Assembly: GCA_012295275.1 (NCBI GenBank)
Contig: CM022677.1
Location: 28,086,001-28,150,000, forward strand
From: Chrysomallon squamiferum
Lineage: Eukaryota; Animalia; Mollusca
DNA length: 64,000 nt
Reading direction: 5' to 3'
The stretch's first letter is position 1. Each line of letters begins with the position of its first letter. The notes beneath the pieces were generated by a model. The model searched no databases and was not told where the DNA came from. It worked only from the letters and a program-made list of their open reading frames with translations. The translations under genes and the position numbers were made by a program. Of this stretch, positions 1 through 12,008 are shown piece after piece.

Positions 1-105
1 CTTGTAATCTGGATTAAGCTTCAGGCCAGATTAACTACTGAGAAGATTAAAATTGTTTATTTTTGATTAGCTGCTCAACAGACATTTACTAATTTTTGTT
101 TTGAG

Positions 106-118
106 ACATAATAATAAC

Positions 119-156
<38 letters not shown>

Positions 157-280
157 TAACAATAACAATAATAATAATAGTAATAATAATAATAACAATA
201 ATAATAACAGTAATAATAATAACAATAGTAATAATAGTAATAACAATAATAATGACAGTAATAACAGTAATGACAGTAAC
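106..280. repeat. (AAT)n microsatellite
   Basis: Directly visible; abuts the exon 5 donor. Confidence 0.95.
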
Positions 281-284
281 ATAC

Positions 285-450
285 TTAAACTGGATTCTGC
301 TTCCGTCTTTGAGCCACTGTAGGTGCGGACGTGTCCCCTGGCTGTCGTGTCCGTTAGCTCCGCAGTGCAGCACCACCGTGGAGCCGACTATTGCAGCAGT
401 GTCGTCCGGCACCTCCACAAAATACGGTGCAATCCCCTTTGTAATTTTAT
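285..450 (-). CDS. neo1: Neogenin/DCC-like exon 5, N-half of Ig3 (DKITKGIAPYFVEVPDDTAAIVGSTVVLHCGANGHDSQGTRPHLQWLKDGSRIQF); gene continues left of window
   Basis: TTTGTAG acceptor, TAA|GTATGT donor, 166 nt (phase 1 to 2). PxF..P....GxxVxLxC.A.G...P.LxWLKDG Ig motif. Confidence 0.88.
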
Positions 451-940
451 CTACAAACAAACAAACAAATAAACAATCCCCTTTGTAATTTTATCTACAA
501 ACAAACAAATAAACAATCCCCTTTGTAATTTGATCTACAAATAAACAAATAAATAAACAATCCCCTTTGTAATTTTATCTACAAACAAACAAACAAACAA
601 ATAAACAATCCCCTTTGTAATTTTATCTACAAACAAACAAATAAATAAACAAACAAACAAATAAACAATCCCCTTTGTAATTTTATCTACAAACAAACAA
701 ATAAAAACTTTGTAAATCTACAAACAAACAAACAAATAAACAATCCCCTTTGTAATTTTATCTACAAACAAACAAATAAACAAATAAATAAACAATCCCC
801 TTTGTAATTTTATCTACAAACAAATAAATAAACAATACCCTTTGTAATTTTATCTACAAACAAACAAATAAATAAACAATCCCCTTTGTAATTTTATCTA
901 CAAACAAACAATCTCCTTTGTAATTGTATCTATAAACAAA
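431..940. repeat. ~40-60 bp tandem repeat containing the exon 5 acceptor and first ~20 exonic nt
   Basis: Unit AATCCCCTTTGTAATTTTATCTAC(AAAC/AAAT)n, about 11-12 copies. Confidence 0.95.
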
Positions 941-1224
941 GAAACAAACAAATAAACAAAGAAACAAACAAAAATGTTACAGTATTTTCATCATGAAAAT
1001 GTTATAGAAATTTCATCTTATAATGAGTAAATTAAATAAACAAATAAATAAATAGAATAGAATAGAACACAATAAAATAAAATAAAATAAAATAAAATAA
1101 AATAAAATAAAATAAAATAAAATAAAATAAAATAAATAAATAAATAAAATAAATGTTTTAGCTTTCATGCTTACATAAACAGAAAGTATTAGTAAATAAA
1201 TAAGTAGTTTATGATTGTTTGGAC

Positions 1225-1509
1225 CTGTTTTGGGGTTCTGTGTGAGGGAGACCATCCTGCTGGTGCGGGACCTGTCTGCGTTGGAGGCTTCGCACATGTA
1301 GCTGCCGAAGTCGGAGAACTGCACTGGGTGGATCTCCAGGTAGCCGTCATCGTAAACAAAAATGTTGTCTGCTGGTTTCACCTCTTTCCTGTCTTTGAAC
1401 CAGCGAATTCGAGGCTTAGAGACTCCGTTTATTTTACATGAGAATATCGCTGTGTCGTGTAGGTACACAACCTGGCCCTGCAGCTCCTTGTCAAAGTGTT
1501 TCGCTAAAT
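1225..1509 (-). CDS. neo1: Neogenin/DCC-like exon 4, Ig2 (HLAKHFDKELQGQVVYLHDTAIFSCKINGVSKPRIRWFKD...DFGSYMCEASNADRSRTSRMVSLTQNPKT)
   Basis: TTATTTCAG acceptor, 285 nt (phase 1 to 1). Complete I-set Ig with C, W and DxGxYxC. The donor CAG|GTCCAA is weak but is the phase-compatible choice. Confidence 0.88.
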
Positions 1510-2822
1510 CTGAAATAACAAACAGCTAGTAGTGTCTTTAAATCATAATAATAAACTGAAATAACAAACAGCTAGTAGTGTCATCTTTAAATCATAATAA
1601 TAAACTGAAATAACAAACAGCTAGTAGTGTCATCATATCATAATAATAAACTGAAATAACAAACAGCTAGCAGTGTCATCATATCATAATAATAAACTGA
1701 AATAACAAACAGCTAGTAGTGTCATCATATCATAATAATAAACTGAAATAACAAACAGCTAGCAGTGTCATCATATCATAATAATAAACTGAAATAACAA
1801 ACAGCTAGCAGTGTCATCTTTAAATCATAATAATAAACTGAAATAACAAACAGCTAGTAGTGTCATCATATCATAATAATAAACTGAAATAACAAACAGC
1901 TAGCAGTGTCATCATATCATAATAATAAACTGAAATAACAAACAGCTAGCAGTGTCATCTTTAAATCATAATAATAAACTGAAATAACAAACAGCTAGCA
2001 GTGTCATCATATCATAATAATAAACTGAAATAACAAACAGCTAGTAGTGTCATCATATCATAATAATAAACTGAAATAACAAACAGCTAGTAGTGTCATC
2101 ATATCATAATAATAAACTGAAATAACAAACAGCTAGTAGTGTCATCATATCATAATAATAAACTGAAATAACAAACAGCTAGCAGTGTCATCTTTAAATC
2201 ATAATAATAAACTGAAATAACAAACAGCTAGTAGTGTCATCATATCATAATAATAAACTGAAATAACAAACAGCTAGCAGTGTCATCATATCTTTAAATC
2301 ATAATAATAAACTGAAATGACAAACAGCTAGTAGTGTCATCATATCATAATAATAAACTGAAATAACAAACAGCTAAGTATTCATTGCTTTCTTTGATAA
2401 TAAAAAACTGAAATAACAAACACACAGTGTCATCATATATAATAATAAACTGAAATAACAAACATCTAGCAGTGTCTTTCATATCATAATAATGGTTGAA
2501 AGTCCAGTGATTGAAGTGTCATCATATCATAATAATAAACTGAAATAACAAACAGCTAGTAGTGTCATCATATCATAATAATAAACTGAAATGACAAACA
2601 GCTAGTAGTGTCATCATATCATAATAATAAACTGAAATGACAAACAGCTAGTAGTGTCATCATATCATAATAATAAACTGAAATAACAAACAGCTAGTAG
2701 TGTCATCATATCATAATAATAAACTGAAATAACAAACAGCTAGTAGTGTCATCATATCATAATAATAAACTGAAATAACAAACAGATAGTATATGTCATC
2801 ATATCATAATAATAAACTGAAA
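1510..2822. repeat. ~46-bp minisatellite starting exactly at the exon 4 acceptor AG
   Basis: Unit CTGAAATAACAAACAGCTAGTAGTGTCATCATATCATAATAATAAA, roughly 28 copies. Confidence 0.95.
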
Positions 2823-2911
2823 TTTACAGTCTGATAATGGTTATTAGTCCAGTGACTGAAAAACAAAAAAATACACAAATACAATATTCATTGCTTTCTT
2901 TGAAAGTAAAA

Positions 2912-3012
2912 CACTCACACACACACACACAGATAATATATATATAAATACATACGTGCTATATCTAAGTGAGCTTTTCTGCTAATAATGGTTCCCAGTC
3001 CAGTGACTGAAG

Positions 3013-3056
<44 letters not shown>

Positions 3057-3193
3057 TCACACTCACACACACACACACACACAGATAATATATATGTAAA
3101 TACATACGTGCTATATCTAAGTGAGCTTTTCTGCTAATAATGGTTCCCAGTCCAGTGACTGAAGCCTCACAAAAACACACACACACACACACA

Positions 3194-3237
<44 letters not shown>

Positions 3238-3447
3238 TAATATATATATAAATACATACATGCTATATCTAAGTGAGCTTTTCTGCTAATAATGGTTCCC
3301 AGTCCAGTGACTGAAGCCTCACAAACACACACACACACACACTCACACTCACACACACACAAATAATATATATGTAAATACATACGTGCTATATCTAAGT
3401 GAGCTTTTCTGCTGATAATGGTTCCCAGTCCAGTGACTGAAGCCTCA

Positions 3448-3484
<37 letters not shown>

Positions 3485-3530
3485 ACACACACTCACACAC
3501 ACACAGATATATATATATGTAAATACATAC
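2912..3530. repeat. Four extra copies of the exon 3 3' end plus donor, separated by (CA)n
   Basis: GTGCTATATCTAAGTGAGCTTTTCTGCT..ATAATGGTTCCCAGTCCAGTGACTGAAGCCTCAC repeated near 2957, 3108, 3260 and 3386. Confidence 0.95.
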
Positions 3531-3673
3531 GTGCTATATCTAAGTGAGCTTTTCTGCTGATAATGGTTCCCAGTCCAGTGACTGAAGCCTCACACTGGTA
3601 AAATCCTTTGTCACTGTGCAGCTTTGTGTGCTGAACCTCCTCAAAAAACAGAGACCCATTCTCTAACAGTGTC
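3531..3673 (-). CDS. neo1: Neogenin/DCC-like exon 3, C-half of Ig1 (RTLLENGSLFFEEVQHTKLHSDKGFYQCEASVTGLGTIISRKAHLDIA)
   Basis: TTTTGAAG acceptor, CAC|GTATGT donor, 143 nt (phase 2 to 1). GSL...DxGxYQC and LGTIISRxA resemble neogenin/DCC Ig1. Confidence 0.92.
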
Positions 3674-3691
3674 CTTCAAAATAAAAAACAC

Positions 3692-3905
3692 ATTATATCC
3701 ATTGTTATAATTATAATTAAATATATCTGTTGTTATAATTAAAATTAAATACATCCATTGTTATAATTAAAATTAAATATATCCATTGCTATAATTAAAA
3801 TTAAATACATCCATTGTTATAATTAAAATTAAATACATCCATTGTTATAATTAAAATTAAATATATCCATTCTTATAATTATAATTAAATATATCTATTC
3901 TTATA
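3692..3905. repeat. ~28-bp minisatellite next to the exon 3 acceptor
   Basis: Unit ATATCCATTGTTATAATTAAAATTAAAT, about 7 copies. Confidence 0.9.
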
Positions 3906-4083
3906 AACAAGAAAAGAAAGAAAGAAAAAAGACTGAATTAAAAGAAATAAAAAATATTTATTAGCAGCATTAATTATCACCATTAACAGATCCATTTTCA
4001 CTAAGTAAATTAAATAAGAAAGTTTATTTGACAGACTGGTGAGGAATGTTAGAATTATCACATGACTATGATGGAAATCTTAC

Positions 4084-4258
4084 CTTCTGTTTGTATTAGC
4101 CAGATTCAGGTTCTGATCATCTTTGATCCACTTAATGGTTGGAGTTCTCTCCCCGTGAAATGCTGAGCAGTTCAGTAAAGTCTTACCTCCCTTTCTCACC
4201 ACCACATCCTGAGGCTCGACTGTGAAGAAAAACTGACTGAAGTGAGGCACTGCGGTAG
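4084..4258 (-). CDS. neo1: Neogenin/DCC-like exon 2, N-half of Ig1 (ATAVPHFSQFFFTVEPQDVVVRKGGKTLLNCSAFHGERTPTIKWIKDDQNLNLANTNR)
   Basis: TTTTGCAG acceptor, AAG|GTAAGA donor, 175 nt (phase 1 to 2). The FxVEP-D...LNCSA...IxWxKD pattern is typical of neogenin/DCC Ig1. Not in the ORF track. Confidence 0.9.
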
Positions 4259-4277
4259 CTGCAAAACAAAAAACAAA

Positions 4278-4341
4278 AGTAAATAAATAAAAAAATAATA
4301 AGTAAATAAATGAATAAATAAATAAATAAGTAAATAAATAA

Positions 4342-4376
<35 letters not shown>

Positions 4377-4509
4377 GTAAATAAATAAATAAGTAAATAA
4401 ATAAATAAATTAGTAAATGAATGAATAAATAAATAAGTAATTAAGTAAATAAATAAATAAGTAAATAAATCAATAAATAAATAAGTAAATAAATAAGTAA
4501 ATGAAGAGA

Positions 4510-4544
<35 letters not shown>

Positions 4545-4742
4545 GTAAATGAATAAATAAGTAAACAAATAAATAAATAAATAATAAGTAAACAAATAAA
4601 TAAATAAATAAATAAATAAATAAGTAAACAAATAAATAAATATGTAAATTAATTACATAAATAAATAAATAAATAAATAAGTGAATGAAGAGATAAATAA
4701 ATAAATAAATAAATGAAGAAATGAATGAACTGATGAATAAAA
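4278..4742. repeat. (AAAT)n microsatellite
   Basis: Directly visible; adjacent to the exon 2 acceptor. Confidence 0.9.
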
Positions 4743-4805
4743 TGGATCAGACTGATGACCAAAGTATGAACTCATTAAAAACAACTTTTATTTTTTGACA
4801 AAGTA

Positions 4806-4858
<53 letters not shown>

Positions 4859-5054
4859 CAACAATAATAATAACTGAAGCAGTAGTAATAATAACAAGGG
4901 TTTCAGAGTTGTATTGTTTTTGTGTTTCAAGAAAACCTCTATTCTGTATGAAAATGTAAACATCAATTAATGTTTCATCTTGAAAACAAATCATTTCTAA
5001 TTTTCTAATAAAGCACCTCCCCATTCTACAGTACTAGATCTGGCTTCACTATAT

Positions 5055-5087
<33 letters not shown>

Positions 5088-5104
5088 GAGAGAGAGAGAG
5101 AGAC

Positions 5105-5175
<71 letters not shown>

Positions 5176-6205
5176 GTATAAAATGGTTGACTTACAAATC
5201 AGGGTCTTCCCAGTTGTTTTAAATATTTAGTTTATGGATTAAAGTGAGAGAATTGTATTATCTGGCTGTGTGATGTAATTGGAAAAAGTTATTTAAAATT
5301 CATAGGAGATTACAAGAGAGTATTTTAGGCTTGAAATTAGATCAGTTCGTGCAGTCCAGTACTGATCAATTTTTAATATACATGAAATTGAAGAGGATCT
5401 ATAAATGTTCAGTGAATATTTGTGTATGGAAAAGGATTGATTGGATGGAAAACTACAAATCAATAAATGATACTAATATTGAGTGAAATTTGTTAAGTAA
5501 ACTATGTAAATTGTAAAGCAGTTAAAAGATAATACTATTACTACTAATAATTCTAATAATAAAAGCTAAAGTAACAAATATAGTAAATGTAAGATAATAA
5601 TGATAATAATAATACAAAAAAAAAAATAATATAAAATTAAGAATATTCATGTAATAATAATAATTAATCAAAATTTAATAAAACATAAATGGAAAAAGCT
5701 AATAATTTGCACTGGGAAAAAGGACAAAGATAATAAACTTTAAAGAACGTAGACAGTAATTTAAGTATTTACAGTAGAAGTTACTGCTTTTGGCTAACTA
5801 AATTTGTCAGTTGTCTACATGATTTATCTTATCTCGACTTGTTTAAAAATTCTTCACGTTAGTGTCTCAAACAAGAAATAGTTTCATAATTATTAGCAAG
5901 AAGAAAATCTGCAGAAATAATCTGAAATAATAACTAAACGAAGGAAAAAAAGAAGGAGAAATTAGAAAATGATAAATAAACAAGAATAAATGAAAAAAGA
6001 AAGAAAAAATTGAAGAAAAAAATTTGAAAAAGGAAAAGGAAAAGAATTAGAAAAATAAAATTACTATTGCAGAGATGTAGGAAAAACGTTTCTTCCATAA
6101 ATCTTACTTGATAAATTTTTTTAGGCTTCTTTAATTTTAACAGAAAAAAAAAAAAAAAAAAATTAGACAAAACTCTTTATCTGCACTTAACTGGTTTCAA
6201 TTTAT

Positions 6206-6277
<72 letters not shown>

Positions 6278-6691
6278 AGAATATAGAGACAGAGAGAGAG
6301 AGATAAAGAAACAACATATAGTAAATAACTGTATTTAACATGAAACAGTGAATATTAATAACAAAACAGAGTCTAACAACAAATAATTAATTATAGAAAG
6401 AACAGAGGTGCAATATGGCTGATATAAGACACACTGAGAGGAATACACTGATTTGTGAAGTGTATAAGACAGAAACTCAGGTGATACAAATAACAAATCA
6501 CTTTATAATTACTAGTAACACCTGCTTACATAAATCATTTTACAATCTGGGTCAACACTTTGTTTTAGTGATGTCTGTTCTAGAACAGTTTTAAATAAAT
6601 AAATAATTTTATAAACATCACAGTTTTATTACCAAAAATATGCACTTGTCAGCCTAAAACAAAACAAATAAAGAAAGCAAATAAAAAGTTT

Positions 6692-7135
6692 CAGTCTGTG
6701 GAGTCAGTGAAGTCAGTGGAGTCAGCGAAGTCAGTGGAGTCAGTGGAGTCAGTGAAGTCTGTGAAGTCAGCGAAGTCAGTGAAGTCAGTGGAGTCAGCGA
6801 AGTCTGTGGAGTCAGTGAAGTCAGTGAAGTCAGTGGAGTCAGCGAAGTCAGTGGTGTCTGTTAACTAGTGACAGTCAGTGAAGTCAGGTGTCTGTTAACT
6901 GAAGTGACAGTGAAGTCAGCGAAGTCAGTGAAGTCAGTGGAGTTTGTTAACTAGTGACAGCTGTACAGGTGACTGTTAACTAGTGACAGCTGTACAGCTG
7001 TTTGTTAACTGGAGACAGCTGTACAGGTGTCTGTTAACTAGTGACAGCTGTACAGCTGTTTGTTAACTGGAGACAGCTGTAGAGCTGTTTGTTAACTAGT
7101 GACAGCTGTACAGGTGTTTGTTAACTAGTGACAAG
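6692..7135. repeat. 9-bp (GTCAGTGAA) array grading into a ~29-bp (GTTAACTAGTGACAGCTGTACAGGTGTCT) array
   Basis: Directly visible, with a mixed junction at ~6855-6945. Confidence 0.9.
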
Positions 7136-7350
7136 TAAGACACTTTAATGTAACTAATTTTAACACAGTCACACATTCAGCAGCTCCAGTCCTTTTTTAT
7201 TCTTTAATCAGTGAAAAGCTGTTACAGAAATAAAAGTAGTTGTCACATTAGTAATAGCACTGTTAGTAGCAAAACCAGATCTAATACACAAGTATATAAG
7301 TATCAAAAATATCAGATAAAACAGAAAGAAAGAGACAGAAAGTGTGTGTG

Positions 7351-7383
<33 letters not shown>

Positions 7384-9654
7384 CATTCCCATCGTTGTCC
7401 TTTTCTTTTTCCCCTTTTACCACTTTACTACAAAGTGTCCAGCTAGTGACAGAGTTCAAAGTGGAGTTATGTAGCAGATTTTATGTCTTGATATTTTTTT
7501 ATTTAAGCTTAATTCTCTCTCTCTCTCTCTCTCTGGCTCTCTCTCTCTCTCTGCCACTGTATTGTTCTTGTATGAGGTTTGTCTGTTTGTCTGTTACTAT
7601 TCATAATACTTTGTATTTGTTTGTTTTTTACTGCTACACCATCACAATGACAATCACACTAATACCTCAACTGTTACTACAACTACTGACACTGCTGCCC
7701 TGCTACTTCCATTAACAACAACAACAACAACATTTCAGTGTAATTGTTACTAATATTGAGTAAAAAAAAAAAAAAGGTTTGTGAAAAACATCAAAGACAT
7801 CAACTCAGTAAACCTATGTTTTTAGGACAGGTGTTTTTTACGTATCCATAGCAATGAAGCTGAACATGAAAATTGGCGCTACTGGTTTTCAAACAGGTGT
7901 GGACAGTGAACATTTGGGTTGCCTGGCAACCAGCATCATGTGTCATGTAGTGCTCTATGCTAACTGAACTGACATGATCTGCTTCATTAACTTCCACCAC
8001 AGAACACAGAGCACCTGTTTCAAAGGCAGTAATAAAAAATAAGAAATGTTTAAAAAGTGTTCCCGAGTTATATTAAAGCTAACACTTCATGGTTCATTAA
8101 CTTTCTTAAGCTTCTGTGAGAATTTAGCTAATTTGTAGCAATGGTTATTGATATGTTTTGCAGTAATGTTGTTAAGACTTCTATAAATATACACAAATAT
8201 GATGAATTAAGAAGAGGACGTAGTTTTAACTGGTAAAAATAACTGAGCAAAAAAACTCAATGTTAAGAGACACCTGCTAGTAATTTAATTTAAAAAAATA
8301 AACTTATTAAATTGATAATATTTGAAGAAAATGGCTTGTAATAATTTGATTTTAGATATTTAGAGACAAAATCAGTTAACACTGTAGATGTGGTGGTGTT
8401 AAATAATTTGTTAATAAAAATTTTAGATATTTAGGTAGAGACATAATGAGAGACATAATGACAGACTGACTGAAAATGAGACAGATAACTATTACTAAAC
8501 CAATATTAATATCAGCAGTAGTGCACTAGCATTAATGCAGTAGTATTAGAATTAACATTAGTATTAATATTTATTATAATAATAATTACTCAGCATTACT
8601 AGCAGCTAGCAATACTAATATCAGTATTAATATTAGTAATAACCACTATTAGTATTAATATCAATATTAGTATAAGTAGTAATAATAAAAGCTTTTTTAA
8701 CACTAGTTGTGGTAGTTGTAGTTGTTGTAGCAGTGGTAGTAGTTGTAGTGGTCACAGCAATATTGTTAACAGAACTTGAAACATTTTATCTGAATGCAGT
8801 GTGCAATGTTAAAAGATAAATGACAAAGACAAACAATCTCAGATTGTGTTTAAAACAATGTGACACCTGCACAGGTGTTTGTTACCTGTAAATAACAAAG
8901 AGACAGGTAGGACAGCCAGGTGAAGAAAGAATGTAAGGAAAGTAATTTTACTGTCATCTACAAATCACTTTCTCTAATTTATCAAAGTAAGGTTAGTTTT
9001 TCATTTCTGTCAGTGTTTTCCCAGTGCAACCAGCAAATGATTTATTAGTAAAATAGTGTAATTCTTCTTACACATTCCTCTCAACAGATTTATAGAAGTA
9101 GAAACACTAGTAACGGTAACAGTAGTGTAGTAACAGTGGTAACAGTGATAGTTATAGTTGTAATATCTTCAGTAGTAACAGCAGATTTATAATGATTAAT
9201 GTTTTTCTTAAATTTTCTAATCTATTTCTTGATGTCTTTGAAATGTATTAAAAATATAAACTGCTTATGAGTTTACATTTGTTCTAAAATTGTAATGCTT
9301 AAACAAACTATTTATACATGTTTTTAAAACTGATGTTTTTTCTGACTGTGTTTTAATAATCAGAAGTTTAAACTGCAGATGTCTTTAGCAGATCTCACAC
9401 CTGGTAAAAACATCTCAAAACTTCTTTTCAGAGACTTTATATAAAATATAAGAAAGAGAAAGATTTATTTGTAGTAATATTGAAAGAGAATGAAGTTATA
9501 CCTGATTTATATAGTTTTATTAAAATTCTTGTCCAGTGTTGTTTTCTGAGACAGATATTTCATTATACAGACAGGCAGACATACAGACAGAAACAATCTG
9601 TCATTTAAAACTTATCACTTACATTCTTTATCAATCACACACACACACACACAG

Positions 9655-9719
<65 letters not shown>

Positions 9720-10875
9720 AGCCTAACATCTAAATTTGAACTATCCATATTAAACACACACAAACACACTCCATGAACTTAAACATATACTAGATTAATA
9801 GTAAGAAAAACATGTACACATGAATATATAAGTCCCAGTATATGGAAACATAGCCATACTATACATGTTCACACTAACACACACTAACACACATTCACGT
9901 CTTAACACAGAAAACATTTCTTGTGTAACGTCTCTGTATTACATCTTCTTATCAACACTCTGTGAAAGGACCACCTCTTCTTACTGGTAAGTATTTATAC
10001 CACCTCTGTACCAGGAGTAAAACATTTTAGAGTTAAAACACACCTGTGGTTACTTACAACAAGAATACCACCCATGTTTAACACCAGTGTTTACACCAGT
10101 GTGCTGATAGCTCAGACAGATGTAAAACCTGGGAAAAGATTTCCATTCTCTTCTCAGTTTACTCAAACACTAACATAGCCCATCCATAAACTTGTCACAA
10201 ACACAACTCTCAATCTGACTCTGCAATCAATAACACCACCTCTCACTGGCTACTCAAATATCTAACACATGTTCTGATTGGCTAGGCTGCAGGCAGGTTA
10301 ATCCTGATTGGCTGGACCAAAGCCAACTTACTTCTGATTGGTTGATAAGATTAAGTGCCAGGAGAATGGTAAGTCTTTGAGAGGGTTCAGGTCTGCAGGG
10401 CTGTAAAAGTGAGAAATGGACAATTTGTTTCTACTTAAAGAACCTGAGTAGAAACACCTGACATCATTAAATAAACAAATGATGGCCAGGTAGTCAGTTA
10501 CAGGTATTCTAAAAATGGAGATTAAGAAAAATGATCATTACAGGTATAAACACATTTTCTTGGGTTCAAGAATTCAGACTTCTGTTATATTTTTCTTATC
10601 TCAGATGTTGTTTCAAATCACTTTTTACTGACAAAACAAACATTGGAAAAATAAAAATGAAACTAAATACACCCACATACACAGTAACAAACACAAACAC
10701 ACACACAAACAAACACACAGACATACACACAGACATACACACATACAAACACAAACACACAGACATACATACATACATACACACACAGACAGATATACAA
10801 ACACACAAACACACACACACAGACAGACACACACAAACAAACACACACACACAAACACACACACATTCACACATA

Positions 10876-10918
<43 letters not shown>

Positions 10919-11101
10919 TTGTGTATTTAAATGTTTCTTTATTATACAGCTGACAGATTCTGTAGGTGTTTCCTGAATACTAATGAGTTGCCATGGGTAC
11001 CAGACACTGGCGCTATCATGAAGAAGGTAATTTCTGTCATTTGCCTCTGTTTCCTCGGTAACTGATCCTGATCACTGAAGTCTAGGATTTATCTGTTTTC
11101 T

Positions 11102-11133
<32 letters not shown>

Positions 11134-11637
11134 TATAATAATAAAGAACGAGGCTTTTCTTTATGATAACTTGTTTCATCTTTCAAACCAGTATCTGTAC
11201 TGTATAATAACACTATATGGTACTAAGGCAGTGAAATAAATGTGTGCATACAGACACATAAATGTTAATGATGGTTTTTTGCTTAGCTTTGATCTAAAGA
11301 TTGGACTGAATATTATTTGTCCTGTATATACTGAATTACTGTGGTATTTTACTGTATTCTACACAACAACAAAGAACAAAAACAAAAAACAAAATGTAAA
11401 AGAATAAATAATATGGGCAAAAGGTATCAATAAAAACTTGAAGTTAAAATGGAAAAAGTAGTTTACTTGGTTTATGAAGAAATTGTTGTTTTCTTTATGG
11501 TCCTGATTAGCTTCTACTTAACCCAGCTACTTGATCTCCCTGACTTCCAGCCTGCTGGGCCACAGATAACATCAAACAAGGACACTTAATAATAATCCTA
11601 ACCAGATGGGACCAAGCCATGTATTTCAACACACAAA

Positions 11638-11694
<57 letters not shown>

Positions 11695-12008
11695 AACTCA
11701 TCCCAACAATCAAAGTTTTAAACAGATATTATCAATAAAACAAAACTTCATAAGCAATCATCATAAAAAAAAATGGCCTTCATAGATATTATTGTCATAT
11801 TCATAAATAATAGGTCAGAATCATTGATACATTAAGAACAGTCATTTAAATAAATTTAATATAATGTTAATTTAGATCTTCTGTCTGTCTGTATAGACAA
11901 GTGTACTTCATTGTCTTAAGAGCAGACATTATTAGGAAAGCAGATCTTTGTTGTTATCAATAGCAAAAGAGATTTCATAGAAACTACCTCTACACCAGGT
12001 ATACAAAG

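Noticed and set aside
1-38. Possible next neogenin exon after TTCTCAG
   Set aside because: The required phase hits TAA at the third codon; only a small imperfect hairpin is present.
1013-1224. Hydrophobic read-through tail after Ig2 as a TM-anchored short isoform
   Set aside because: The hydrophobicity comes from the (TTTTA)n microsatellite; no independent support.
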